Part shown: positions 11,134 to 23,899 of the stretch, piece after piece | How the letters are laid out: each line of letters begins with the position of its first letter | Position numbering within the stretch: position 1 is the first letter of the stretch | NCBI GenBank assembly: GCA_032718475.1 | Contig: JAUCBJ010008587.1 | Coordinates: 1 to 47,525 of the forward strand | Length of the DNA stretch: 47,525 bases | Source of the DNA: Nemertoderma westbladi | Lineage: Eukaryota > Animalia > Xenacoelomorpha | Direction of reading: 5' to 3' | Translations under genes and position numbers: made by a program | The notes under the pieces: model-generated | The model's input: only the letters and a program-made list of their open reading frames with translations | What the model was told of the DNA's origin: nothing | The model's database searches: none

Positions 11134-13224
11134 TTAAACTGTAAGTGAGATCAGTTCCTCGATCCCCTGTGTCGATCACAAGATCGTTTAAACTGTAAGT
11201 GAGATCAGTTCCTCGATCCCCTGTGTCGATCACAAGATCGTTTAAACTGTAAGTGAGATCAGTTCCTCGATCCCCTGTGTCGAACCCAAGATCGTTTAAA
11301 CTGTAAGTGAGATCAGTTCCTCGATCCCCTGTGTCGAACCCAAGATCGTTTAAACTGTAAGTGAGATCAGTTCATCGATCCCCTGTGTCGATCACAAGAT
11401 CGTTTAAACTGTAAGTGAGATCAGTTCCTCGATCCCCTGTGTCGAACCCAAGATCGTTTAAACTGTAAGTGAGATCAGTTCCTCGATCCCCTGTGTCGAA
11501 CCCAAGATCGTTTAAACTGTAAGTGAGATCAGTTCCTCGATCCCCTGTGTCGAACCCAAGATCGTTTAAACTGTAAGTGAGATCAGTTCCTCGATCCCCT
11601 GTGTCGATCACAAGATCGTTTAAACTGTAAGTGAGATCAGTTCCTCGATCCCCTGTGTCGAACCCAAGATCGTTTAAACTGTAAGTGAGATCAGTTCATC
11701 GATCCCCTGTGTCGAACCCAAGATCGTTTAAACTGTAAGTGAGATCAGTTCCTCGATCCCCTGTGTCGATCACAAGATCGTTTAAACTGTAAGTGAGATC
11801 AGTTCCTCGATCCCCTGTGTCGATCACAAGATCGTTTAAACTGTAAGTGAGATCAGTTCCTCGATCCCCTGTGTCGAACCCAAGATCGTTTAAACTGTAA
11901 GTGAGATCAGTTCCTCGATCCCCTGTGTCGATCACAAGATCGTTTAAACTGTAAGTGAGATCAGTTCCTCGATCCCCTGTGTCGAACCCAAGATCGTTTA
12001 AACTGTAAGTGAGATCAGTTCCTCGATCCCCTGTGTCGAACCCAAGATCGTTTAAACTGTAAGTGAGATCAGTTCCTCGATCCCCTGTGTCGAACCCAAG
12101 ATCGTTTAAACTGTAAGTGAGATCAGTTCCTCGATCCTCTGTGTCGAACCCAAGATCGTTTAAACTGTAAGTGAGATCAGTTCCTCGATCCCCTGTGTCG
12201 ATCACAAGATCGTTTAAACTGTAAGTGAGATCAGTTCCTCGATCCCCTGTGTCGAACCCAAGATCGTTTAAACTGTAAGTGAGATCAGTTCCTCGATCCC
12301 CTGTGTCGAACCCAAGATCGTTTAAACTGTAAGTGAGATCAGTTCCTCGATCCCCTGTGTCGAACCCAAGATCGTTTAAACTGTAAGTGAGATCAGTTCC
12401 TCGATCCCCTGTGTCGAACCCAAGATCGTTTAAACTGTAAGTGAGATCAGTTCCTCGATCCCCTGTGTCGAACCCAAGATCGTTTAAACTGTAAGTGAGA
12501 TCAGTTCCTCGATCCCCTGTGTCGAACCCAAGATCGTTTAAACTGTAAGTGAGATCAGTTCCTCGATCCCCTGTGTCGATCACAAGATCGTTTAAACTGT
12601 AAGTGAGATCAGTTCCTCGACCCCCTGTATCCCAAGATCGTTTAAACTGTTAGTGAGATCAGTTCATCGATCCCCTGTGTCGATCACAAGATCGTTTAAA
12701 CTGTAAGTGAGATCAGTTCCTCGATCCCCTGTGTCGATCACAAGATCGTTTAAACTGTAAGTGAGATCAGTTCCTCGATCCCCTGTGTCGAACCCAAGAT
12801 CGTTTAAACTGTAAGTGAGATCAGTTCCTCGATCCCCTGTGTCGAACCCAAGATCGTTTAAACTGTAAGTGAGATCAGTTCATCGATCCCCTGTGTCGAT
12901 CACAAGATCGTTTAAACTGTAAGTGAGATCAGTTCCTCGATCCCCTGTGTCGATCACAAGATCGTTTAAACTGTAAGTGAGATCAGTTCATCGATCCCCT
13001 GTGTCGATCACAAGATCGTTTAAACTGTAAGTGAGATCAGTTCCTCGATCCCCTGTGTCGATCACAAGATCGTTTAAACTGTAAGCGAGATCAGTTCCTC
13101 GATCCCCTGTGTCGAACCCAAGATCGTTTAAACTGTAAGTGAGATCAGTTCATCGATCCCCTGTGTCGAACCCAAGATCGTTTAAACTGTAAGTGAGATC
13201 AGTTCCACGATCCCCTGTGTCGAT
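11134..13224. repeat. 54-bp minisatellite, ~38 units, with interspersed variant types
   Basis: Unit AAACTGTAAGTGAGATCAGTTCCTCGATCCCCTGTGTCGA(ACC/TCA)CAAGATCGTTT. Confidence 0.97.
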
Positions 13225-13469
13225 TCTACAGTTGGATTGGAATCACCACTGATTGATTATTGTTGAGGAATCAGAGTTTCTGTGTGTTATTTATAATTTT
13301 TTAGAAGGCGCAACAAACTATCTGGTAGTAATATTTCTTAACAAAAAAGACTTTCTGATGAAAACTATACGATATAAACTGTAAAAATGTTTACATTGTC
13401 TCAGGAATTATTGCTATGATAAAAAGGGAATATCTCCTAGCGATGTTTTGATTAGAAAATTGTTTTATT

Positions 13470-14130
13470 TTTAAATTGGTACTTTTTCGCTCGAATATAT
13501 CCAAAAATCGGGAGAAAGAGTTTCACTTTTTTCCCTAGGGAAAAAAAGTAATCAATATGATTGCATTGATTTTACTTTTTTCCCGGCGAAAAAAGTAAAA
13601 TAAAATATATTTTTGGTGGAATTTCTTAAATTTTATTACATGTGTTGAAAGAGCATCGACGCAGAAAAGGTTTGCAAGTAATTTAACCAAATTTCATGCA
13701 CACACTCAAAAGTTATTCCAACTATAGTGTCTGCGCGGCGTACTCCAAAACGGAACTCAATATCTAATATTGTCCAATTTACTTTGTAACACTACTGTAC
13801 TGTTGTAACCCTACTGTTTGTAACACTACTGTACTGTTGTAACCCTACTGTTTGTAACACTATTGTACTGTTGTAACCCTACTGTTTGTAACACTACTGT
13901 ACTGTTGTAACCCTACTGTTTGTAACACTACTGTGCTGTTGTATATCGCTGTTAAATAATTGAGCAACAAAAAAGTACCAATTAAGGATAAAATTGCGCA
14001 TTACTTTGGAAAAAAGTTAGAACATTTTTTTTCAATATTCTCTCGACCCTTTATTAACCCCGCTGACGCTCGGTAAATAAAATGCATCGATAATAATAAA
14101 TAAATTATACTTTTGTTCATGTAATAAAGG
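13470..14130. repeat. Dispersed AT-rich repeat (non-autonomous element family), copy A, containing a 34-bp tandem repeat at 13786-13940
   Basis: Collinear with 33190-33980 (e.g. AGAGCATCGACG.AGAAAAGGTTTGCAAGTAATTT and CAATATTCTCTCGA.CCTTTATTAAC). Confidence 0.75.
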
Positions 14131-14350
14131 TTCGCGTAGCGAGACCCCTAGTATTCGCTCCGTTGGAGTTGGTGGTATTAATTTCCAGTTAGGTTTTAAA
14201 AGGCGGCTACGGCGCAATGGCGAAGTTGGTAAAGCGTTGGACTTGGAATCTATCAATCCCCACATTCCGGTAAATTTTTTTGGCTAGAGTTCCATTTGTA
14301 TTAACATCTCAGTAAATGTTTTTGATACATGGTTATTTATTGTTAATTTC

Positions 14351-14448
14351 CATGGGTGATAGGGAGTTGTGGCGGCGCAATTTTATCGACAAGCCGGCAC
14401 ATCATTCTTAAAAATGCAGCTGCAATGCAGCATGCCGATCCTAGTAGT
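14351..14448 (+). mobile_element. ~100-bp 3'-end fragment of the RTE LINE
   Basis: Matches 42443-42540 and ends in GATCCTAGTAGT. Confidence 0.85.
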
Positions 14449-15589
14449 TTATTTTCTCATATTGCTAGGGAAACTAGTTCAAATTATTTTCATATAATCA
14501 TTAAGGTAACAGTTCCGTAAATTGCCATGGCATCATTGTGGAGTTCTAGAACAAAAATATATGATATACACTATTCTAGAATAGTAGTGGAGTATTTTAA
14601 AAAATATAATGTTCCTTATAGTTAGTTATTTTCAAATTTTGGTGAATGTTCTAGAACCGTAGTATATAATTTTTATGGTAGCTTGTATTTTTTGAAATTT
14701 AAAAAATACGATTTTTATTTTTTTTTATTTTTGTTATTGGTTAAGTGTTCTAGAAAATTACAAAAAAAAATTAATGTTCTAGAAAAAAAAATATTTGTTT
14801 TAGACATTATTTCTTATGAATAGCTAACATGTTCTAGAATAAATTAAAAAAGAGTGGAAAAATCTAGCTACCATGCACTTATTAACAAAATGTTAATATT
14901 TTTTTTGGTAGTAAGATTGGTAGTTAGCCATATTCAAGGAGACAGTTCATGCGTTAGTAGGGAGCTTTTGCAGTATTTGCAGCCTTTGCGCGATTGTTCT
15001 AGAAGAACCTTGTTACAGGTATTAAATGTAGGTACTGTACCGGTACTTAAAAATTTACATGATCGAATCTTTATATTGAATCTCAGGCAATTTATTCATT
15101 TTCCATTTTGCTAGTTACTATAATTATTATAGCTGCTGCTTTTAACGTTATAACGTTGATTGGCAAGATAAGGTTAGACGTAAAACTAACAATTTTACAT
15201 TCTATTTAATTACGAAAGGAAAACTTACCAAGACTAAGAGTGAAAAAAGGACCATCGATTCTTCAACAATAATAACTTGATAATTTAAACGCGGTGTTTA
15301 AATCTTCATACTCTTATTGCATTGCGGTAGATGTAGTACCGGTAACTCGCATGTTTTTAGTTAATGCGGTACGACTTTTCAGGCATATAAACCGATTGGC
15401 ATACACAACCGACTACTCAATGCTCGTTTGTATTATTGTTTAACAGATAGCCAAACCAAAATAATTGCGGCTCATTCATACCTCAACATCATTTTTATAT
15501 TTATAGTTAAATAAATTCACGATTTAAACCCAATAGAAATTCCCAAAAACTCTACCTACTCTTATATCTATTTGCTTATAAGAATTAAT

Positions 15590-17104
15590 TTATCCGTCTT
15601 CCACCATCGAGTTATTATCTAAAGTTTCGAGATTCAAATCCTCGAGCATTTCCGCGACCCTGATAACGGGCAGTTCGGGATCGTCCGGCTCTACGACGGC
15701 CTTGGAGGAATCCCGGTAGATATTAACGTTGCCTCGCAGTTCGACGTCCTCCTCGAGGTCCTCCAGGAACCCGATATACTCGACATCAGTCGCGACGGAT
15801 CCCGCCTCCTTGTCCAACTGCCTCAGCTTCCATCCGCGACTCGCGTGGCGCCGACTTCGATCTCCGTAAACCTTCCGAATCAGCACAACGTCCGGAACGC
15901 TCTCCGGTTTCATCTTCACGAGCTCATCGTTGTTTATATTGGCCGTAGTGAAATCGTAGCCGCGGACTGTGTCCCCGGGATGGAGAACACGACCTAAATG
16001 GGTCCGAGTGAACAGCTGACGGCCAGAACCGAGTTCGTTGGAGCGGACCACCCAGACGTTGGCGAGGGAGTGAACGGAACTCACGGAACCGGCGCCGGAA
16101 CGACGAAGTTTCTCAACTTCGGTAACTTCCTCGACGTCCATAACGATAAACTCAACGAGACTTTTATTCCCCGGGAAGAGAGGCGGGAATAATGAGCGCC
16201 AATACGCGTTGGAAGATACCTCGGCGATCTGGAGTGTCCAAGGGTCTATAAAGTGGAGGCAGTTGGAGACTTTAAGACAGACGAGGAGTTGTCCGACATT
16301 CCCAAGAGAGTTGGCGAGATTCCTCGACAAACAAACTACGTTATCCTTACAGACCGGGACTATCTCTACCGCGATCGTGTGTTTATAGTTGCACACGTTA
16401 TTCTGGAAGTCCTGCGAGATGAGCCGTTGTGACGTTTTATACTTACAAGGCACGACGGACTGCAGAAAATTAAGGAACTTAACGGCTTCCGCTTTTGTCG
16501 GAAAGAAGAAATCGAGTCCGTCGCTCTCCTGTTTAACACGTGTGGCGGCCGCGTGGACTTCGTGTTTAATAATAAGTTGTTCCAAGTAGAGGAAGGTTTT
16601 CTTGTGGGCGGTTCGTTGTCTCACCTGCACCACCGCCTTCCAGAAATCCTTTGCTTCTACGCGATGGCAATCGGAACACATTTGGTTCTGCACAACGAAC
16701 TCAACCACGGCGCTCTGCTCCGCTATCGCACCACTCGCGATTTCTCGCTGGATCGTGAGTTTAACTTTGATTCGTTTCGAATGCGGTTCGGTCCAGAGAA
16801 ACGCGGCGTCCACCAGGCGGACTCCTGTCAGCGACGATTTCAGTTTCCGTAGACAGACAGCCAATAGCTCTCGTGATTCCAGTTGGCATAGCAACCACTG
16901 CGTGGGGGGCTGGAAGTATCTGTCGCAAGATTTACAATGTTGGAGGTTGGATTGCTTTGGAATGCTTTCTGTGATATCGATTTTATTTCGAACGCAAGCG
17001 ACGCACATATTTGTTGTGTTGGGTTCGATTGGGGTGCCGCAAAGGCAGCAGAGAATAACGTGAGAAGAGGACAAACCATCCCCCGGGGTGAGATCAACAT
17101 CCAT
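15590..17104 (-). CDS. NMD3: 60S ribosomal export adaptor NMD3 (504 aa), single coding exon
   Basis: CxxC pairs at the N terminus, ESRELLAVCL, DAAFLWTEPHSKRIKVKL, WKAVVQVRQ, HKKTFLYLEQLI, and C-terminal NES-like VAEMLEDLNL; uninterrupted ORF. Confidence 0.97.
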   Translation of the reverse strand: MDVDLTPGDGLSSSHVILCCLCGTPIEPNTTNMCVACVRNKIDITESIPKQSNLQHCKSCDRYFQPPTQWLLCQLESRELLAVCLRKLKSSLTGVRLVDAAFLWTEPHSKRIKVKLTIQREIASGAIAEQSAVVEFVVQNQMCSDCHRVEAKDFWKAVVQVRQRTAHKKTFLYLEQLIIKHEVHAAATRVKQESDGLDFFFPTKAEAVKFLNFLQSVVPCKYKTSQRLISQDFQNNVCNYKHTIAVEIVPVCKDNVVCLSRNLANSLGNVGQLLVCLKVSNCLHFIDPWTLQIAEVSSNAYWRSLFPPLFPGNKSLVEFIVMDVEEVTEVEKLRRSGAGSVSSVHSLANVWVVRSNELGSGRQLFTRTHLGRVLHPGDTVRGYDFTTANINNDELVKMKPESVPDVVLIRKVYGDRSRRHASRGWKLRQLDKEAGSVATDVEYIGFLEDLEEDVELRGNVNIYRDSSKAVVEPDDPELPVIRVAEMLEDLNLETLDNNSMVEDG

Positions 17105-17739
17105 CGTTCTGTCGTTATATGTGTAGTGTTCTGTAACCGGTAACTACTGATGTACTTGTGTACTGCTAACTATCAGCTTGTCAGTCTGTCAGTTACAGAG
17201 TTATCGTTGTCAGTAATACTGTAATACTGCTGTACTGTAATACAGGGTAATACAGATTGCAGATAGCCCAGTCCTGCAGTCAGTGGTAGGCCTACGTACT
17301 AAAACTGTAAAAGGTAGAACGATCTATAACGGGCTATACTATAACTTCCTATAAACAAGCTATAACCACCTATAACGAGCTATAATATGAAAATTTACAT
17401 TAAAAAAACGCCCCTTGGGTGTGTTTAACTTTTGGATTAACACGGTGGTCTGAAAAATACCGCAGTTTAAAAATTAGGGTAGGCCTATCTGCCTATGCCT
17501 AATTGATAGTGGTAAGTTTTTTTTTATTGGCCTATATTGCTCACTATATTCCTGTATTCTATATCAGTATATCGACCAGAAGCTGACAGCGGATAGCAGG
17601 ATGGAGGATAGACAGAGAGATGCGTGGCGTGAGATGCGCGCGTACTGCCACTAGTATGTCTCTGTTAGTTGAAACAAAATTGGAACATAATTGAAACATA
17701 TTAGGAGCCATGTAATGGTGTCCTACCTGCAATGCTATG

Positions 17740-17937
17740 TATGCCAGTGAAACAAATTTGAAACAAATTAGGAGGGCCGTAATGATAGTCTACCGGAGAA
17801 TTGGAACAATGATGGGCTACGGAGCTCAACAAATTGGAACAATGTTAAGTATGCCAGTGAAACAAATTTGAAACAAATTAGGAGAGCCGTAATGATAGCC
17901 TACCGGAAGAATTGGAACAATGATGGGCTACGGAGCT
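17740..17937. repeat. ~109-bp tandem duplication (plus a partial earlier unit)
   Basis: GTATGCCAGTGAAACAAATTTGAAACAAATTAGGAG...GGGCTACGGAGCT occurs twice. Confidence 0.85.
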
Positions 17938-18509
17938 GCCTGGGTTGTTTGGCTGAATCAGTGGTGGCACGGATGAGGGGGTAAGAAAAGGGGGAAGGAT
18001 CTAAAAATAACACCCAATAGGAAGCTTCTAGCTTCTTGCATTGCTATGGCTACCGGTACCTTGCTTGGCCTCTAGGCTGGCTCTGGCATAACCCTTATTT
18101 TCGCATGCGAATAAAGGTAATGTTTTAAAGATCTGGTGTGTAAAACGTGTTTTTGTGCAGTGATGTTTACGATATTATAATTAAACTAACTGCACTAACT
18201 ATCTCACATTTATTTAATAATATATGGTAAAAAAAGCAACCAACCTATTAATTAATTACAATAGTTATCGAATGTTCTAGGATGTAAAAACTTAGCATTA
18301 TTTTATAGGAAACGATTATAAAAAAACGGTTCTTGTAAAAAAGGTTTTGGCGAAAACTGTCCCTTCTTTACGTTTTTGCAAATTTCTGGTACGGCACGAT
18401 TGCTCCGAGAATGTTTGCCATGGAGTCTGAATAAGGTAGGAAAAGTAGGGGTGGGTGTGTTTGTTAGGTTCGGGCGGTCGGTGCGGGTAAATAGGGTGTG
18501 GGAGGGAGG

Positions 18510-19960
18510 GAGTTGGGTGTGGTTAAGTAGACGTGCTTGCTTAGTTTGGTGTGTGGATGCGGTTAAGTAGACTTGCTTAGGTTGGTGGGTGGGTGCAGTT
18601 AAGTAGGTGTGCTTAGATGGGTGGGTGGGTGCAGTTAAGTAGGTGTGCTTAGGTGGGTGGGTGGGTGCGGTTAAGTCGATGTGCTTAGGAGGGTGGGTGT
18701 CCGGGTGCGGTTAAGTAGGTGTGCTTAGGTGGGTGGGTGGGTGCGGCTAAGTCGATGTGCTTAGGTGGGTGGGTGGGTGCAGTTAAGTAGTTGTGCTTAG
18801 GTAGATGGGTGGGTGCGGTTAAGTAGACGTGCTTAGGAGGGTGGGTGGGTGTGGTTAAGTAGACGTGCTTATGTAGGTGGGTTGGTGCGGTTAAGTAGGT
18901 GTGCTTAGGTGGGTGGGTGGGTGCGGTTAAGTAGACGTTCTTATGTAGGTGGGTGGGTGCGGTTAAGTAGGTGTGCTTTGCGGTTAAGTAGACGTGCTTA
19001 GGTGGGTTGGTTGATTGTTTGCGGTTAAGTACACGTGCGGTTAAATAGGTGTGCTTTGCCGTTAAGTCGATGTGCTTAGGTGGGTGGGTGGGTGTGGTTA
19101 AGTAAACGTGCTTAGGTGGGTGGGTGGGTGTGGTTAAGTATACGTGCTTAGGTGGGTGCGGTTAACTATGTGTGCTTAGGTAGGAGGTGGGTGCGGGTAA
19201 GTATACGTGCTTAGGTGGGTGGGTGGGTTGGTGTGGTTAAGTACACGTGCTTATGTGGGTGGGTGGGTGCGGTTAAGTCGATGTGCTTAGGTGGGTGCGG
19301 TTAACTAGGTGTGCTTAGGTAGGAGGTGGGTGCGGGTAAGTATACGTGCTTAGGTGGGTGGGTGGGTAGGTGTGGTTAAGTACACGTGCTTATGTGGGTG
19401 GGTGGGTGCGGTTAAGTCGATGTGCTTAGGTGGGTGCGGTTAACTAGGTGTGCTTAGGTAGGAGGTGGGTGCGGGTGAGTATACGTGCTTAAGTGGGTGG
19501 GTGGGTGTGGTTAAGTACACGTGCTTAGGTGGGTGGGTTGGTGCGGTTAAGTACACGTGCTTAGGTGGGTGGGTGGGTGCGGTTAAGTAGACGTGTTTAG
19601 ATGGGTGGGTGGGTGCGGGTAAGTAGACGTGCTTAGGAGGGCGGGTGGGTGCGGTTAAGTAGGTGTGCTTAGGTGGGTGGGTGGGTGCGGTTAAGTAGGT
19701 GTGCTTAGATGGGTGGGTGGGTGGGTGTGGTTAACTAGACGTGCTTAGGTTGGTGGGTGTGTGCGGTTAAGTAGATGTGCTTAGGAGAGTGGGTGGGTGC
19801 AGTTAAGTAGTTGTGCTTAGGTAGGTGGGTGGGTGTGGGTAAGTATACGTACTTAGGTGGGTAGGGGGTGCGGTTAAGTAGGTGTGCTTAGATCGGTGGG
19901 TGGGTGCAGTTAAGTCGACGTGCTTAGGTGGGTGGGAGGGTACGTGTAAGTAGGTATGTA
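18510..19960. repeat. Diverged G-rich ~36-bp minisatellite (GCGGTTAAGTAGGTGTGCTTAGGTGGGTGGGTGGGT)
   Basis: About 40 heterogeneous units with strong G/T strand bias. Confidence 0.93.
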
Positions 19961-22329
19961 GGAATGGGTATGCATGGTTAAGTACAGTAGGTGTGTAATG
20001 ATACAGTAGGTGGGTGGGTGGGTGGGGGGGGGGGTAAGTTTAGCAACTATTAAGTAGTATTACCACTTCTCAATAAGGTAGACAGCTGTATGTTTACAGT
20101 ATAGAACGGTCGTAAAATATTCATTTGGAACTTTAATATGTTTCTTGTTGCAAGTTGTTAATGGCAGTATTTATGTGTTATTTTATTAAGTATCAATAAC
20201 ATTCCTTTATTTTTATTTGTTACATGCACCTGGCCTATTCATATTAATTTTGCTTGTGGATTCTTTTCAGATAATTTTTGTGTATTTTTAACCTATCAGT
20301 TTTTAACAAGATCGAACATACCATTACCATTTTATTATTTTTATTTAACTGGAGTATTATAACACTTATACTGTGTACTAAATGTATACTAAATGGCGTA
20401 TATTATGAACTAAATTGCGTATTGCGTAAATTGTCGTACTGTACTGTAGTTGTACAAGCCATATACCTGTACCTAACTGTAGTGATTTGTATTTATTTTA
20501 CTTTGTAATCCGCTAATAAACAAGTTCAAGTTCATGGGAGACCTCTCCACTGCCAGACTGCAGCACTGCTGCTTGCTGCACTGTCTGATAGTCAGATAAT
20601 GCAGTAGTGACATGCTGACAAATGCAGTAATGACTGATTACGTGATACCACAATGATGAAAAGCATTATTACCATTATTACCATTAAACAGCATTATTAA
20701 AAGCATTATATTGCGTAATTAAATTACTGTCTAGAAAAATAAATCCATTCTAAAATAGGTCTTTTTATTGTAAATTTTCAGATTATAGCTCGTTATAGGT
20801 GGTTATAGCCCGTTATAGATCGTTATAGCCCGTTATACAGTAGATCATTCTACCTTTTAGTACGTACCCCAGTCAGCCAGTAACCAGCACTGAATTGCAA
20901 CTAAATTGCAGTATTCTAGTATTGCATATACCGATATAGCCGGACTAGGTAACAATTTCGGTAAAACGAACTTAGATCCTGCAGCAGTGCAGCTGCAGCA
21001 GTGACTGTGACTGTAGGCCTAATAAATAGTGAGTTATATATGAAAATATTTTTGGAGGAATTTCTTAACTCCAAACTAGTATCTCTCTGCTGGATATCAG
21101 CAACACCCCGTATCCGTATGCACGCCCACCCAACTAAAAACCACCCCATATAGCCCAAGCCCGCACTCTGCACTCTCCTGGTACCGTAGGAAAAAAATAT
21201 TTTCTTATATTTCGAGTATTATTTTATCATTTGAGTCATTTTAATTACCCTAAATTTGTAGGCCTACTGCAGTTCTGTAATTATATTTTACAGGATAGAA
21301 TCTATAGTTCCCATCGTAAATTGAGATGAAGGACTCTACTGTATTTTAGTTTAGAGTATCCACTGGGAAACATTATTATAAAAAATAATATAACTATTTT
21401 GTGCATACAACTAACTCTACATGACAATGAAAACAAACGGCGACAATTTCAGGCTGCTCAAACGGAATTTTGCAATTACTACAACTACTACAAGAAAATA
21501 TGGTACTGGAAACGGTTACGGTTTCCACTTGTAACGGTTACGAATGTCGTCAGAAGTTGCAGATGCCCAAATATAGGCATACCCTCGTTGGCCTCGTTCC
21601 CGATGCGATACGAACATACTGAAGCGACAAGCGTATTAGACAGGTGTACCCACGTATTAGGCAGGTGCACCGACTTCAGCTCCAGAAACCTTTGCCAAAG
21701 ATCTTACCGAAAAAGTTTCCGGCCCATCCGCAAGTTCAAACACGCCCCTTGCCTTAGACTGATTAGATAGAGACGGAGGTACCCATTGCATTTAATCTTT
21801 TGTACAGTAAATTGGCTTAAAAGGTTTGTCACATAATTGTACTGGCTTACAGTGTTGTTTAGGATAAATAGTAATCATACTGTATGTATCGTCACAATAA
21901 TATCAATAATAGCTGCGCAGTAGCGAAGCCCATGTTCACTGTTCAGTATTAGAGTTTCTTTGCATTGAATTACTGTCGAGCTCATTCCCACCTATTACAT
22001 TCATACAGTACAGAGACATAGTTTTATCAATAATTATTTTAGATTCAGATGGGTATGTTGCAACAGGTTTCATACTAGATCATAATAGATCGACTTACCA
22101 GACTATTTAGTGTCAGCTTCTGATACAGCTGATACAGATCCGTTAACCGGGTATTCTGGGCCTATACTGTACTATGATTTCTCCATGAAAGATTTTTATG
22201 GATTTAAATTCCTAAATATTTTGTATAAATAACTCAATTAAGTTTATGAGTGTAAATTTTAGTAGTACAGTATAATATATATCGGATTTATTCAATGTTT
22301 TAGAAAATATATAACGTATTATTTTTTCT

Positions 22330-23430
22330 ATTTCAAGATAACCTATTAGGAATTAACCAATTTTGGATTGTTTTAATACTGAAATTTAAATCATTTGAGG
22401 AAAAAAAACGGTACAGTAGTGCATTTATACTGTATAATAAACTTGAATCGTCTGCATAAAGAACGGTGAATATAAACCCGTAGCATTTGGGAGGTTATTT
22501 ATATAAAGTAGGAAGAATATTGAACCAAATATAGATCCTTGTGCGATTCCACATCTTACTAATTGTAAAGAGAGAAACAGTTGTATATTATTGGAAACTG
22601 GTAACGATTTGTGAAATAGTTTTTAAAAAGATCAAATTGTGTGCCTCGTACATATTCCAAAGGATACCGATTTTTCAGTAGAGTGGAGTTGTTTTACAGT
22701 GTCATACGATTTATTTAGGGTCATAAATATTATTCAAGCTCATTGAATACTATCGAAAATATTACGTACTTTTTCAGTCACCGACAGTAGAGCTTGAAAG
22801 GGTATTTTTTCTCAGAATCCAAATTATGTGTGTGAATATAGATTATCGAATTTTTGTAGATAGGATTTTAATTGGTCATAAATTATTTTTTCGTAAATTT
22901 TTAAGATTTAGATGGGACGGTATTTTTGTGGGTTTAAGGATCGCCGCTTTTGTATACAGGTGTGATTCTCACTATTTTGAGTTTTATCAGGAAAAAAGCT
23001 GTGGTTGAAACTCGTATTAATTCGGGTTACTAAATGATTGGAAATAATATCTGCACCAAATTATAAATTTACATGGAAAGGGGTTGTTAAGAAAGGTATT
23101 CTCTTTTAAATGTAAGATCTGGAATTGCACTTCATTTGGTTCAATTTCATTTGGAGGCTGTTACGTTTTGTACAAGTACAGTAGGTGGACATTTTTCACT
23201 TTTTTCTATTGTAACAATTTTTGGTGTTGTTTTTTCGGAAAAAAATTATTGAATCGTTTTGCAATCGAGGTACTGAAGGAGTTGATATACTGTAATGTTA
23301 GTGTTTGCGTCTTCAGAGTAAATACTTTTTGGGGTATATTATTTTTCTATTCTTCTTTATTTTCCTTTTTTTTTCGTAATCACGCGAACGATCCAAGATC
23401 GTTAGATGCCGTTTTTATTTACACAGTATA
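22330..23430 (-). mobile_element. Heavily degraded CR1/L2-type reverse-transcriptase remnant
   Basis: Minus strand near 22490-22565 reads QLVRCGIAQGSIFGSIFFLLYINNLP, resembling [21 protein letters not shown]; many stops and frameshifts. Confidence 0.65.
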
Positions 23431-23449
23431 AGATTGTTAATGTTTAAAA

Positions 23450-23502
23450 TAAAGGTTTTCGGCGTTGCTATACGGGGTGTATAGCAACGCCGAAAACCTT
23501 TA
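23450..23502. repeat. Perfect 24-bp inverted repeat with a 5-nt loop
   Basis: TAAAGGTTTTCGGCGTTGCTATAC-GGGGT-GTATAGCAACGCCGAAAACCTTTA. Confidence 0.95.
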
Positions 23503-23899
23503 ACCTAGAAGACCTAAAACCTAGAGAACTTAAGTTAATTTGTTACGGTAGCGTCTATATTTTACTACTATTTCAGATAATATATTTCAGATGGATCTTT
23601 TATATATTTAATTTAAAGTTTTTTCTTATTATTTCTCTTTATAATCCTTTATGGTTTACGCGGGCTTTTTTTTTATTTTGAGTAGAGTAGCTGGCAGTAA
23701 TTTTAGTCTGTCATAGAATGTTTCGACGAATGCTAGAAAATCAAAAATCACCTTAAATTATAATTGTAATAACGAAATTATAATTGGTTCTGGTCTACAC
23801 AGCCTTCACCAACCCAGCTGGAAAAAAACAATTGTATGATGAGCGGGAAATTCAAATTAGGTTTCCGTCTTTGAGTTTTAGTCAGATAATTACGAATGA

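Larger units (their letters stand above)
17284..20869. mobile_element. ~3.6-kb non-autonomous TIR element with ~120-bp imperfect inverted ends, flanked by CAGTCAG direct repeats
   Basis: 17293-17410 is the reverse complement of ~20760-20866. CAGTCAG lies at 17277-17283 and 20870-20876. No transposase seen. Confidence 0.7.

Noticed and set aside
7451-12583. Long repetitive ORFs (VYLQRKAVL)n and (DTGDRGTDLTYSLNDLGF)n, and similar ORFs at 23784, 26327, 35942-36594 and 42758
   Set aside because: Artefacts of stop-free tandem units; frames are broken by unit variants and there is no gene context.
14200-14290. tRNA-like sequence (TGGCGAAGTTGGTAAAGCG)
   Set aside because: Only an A-box-like part, with no T-arm or acceptor stem; at best a decayed SINE head.
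21400-21790. GC-richer island with short ORFs on both strands
   Set aside because: No recognisable motif or consistent frame; probably a TE remnant.
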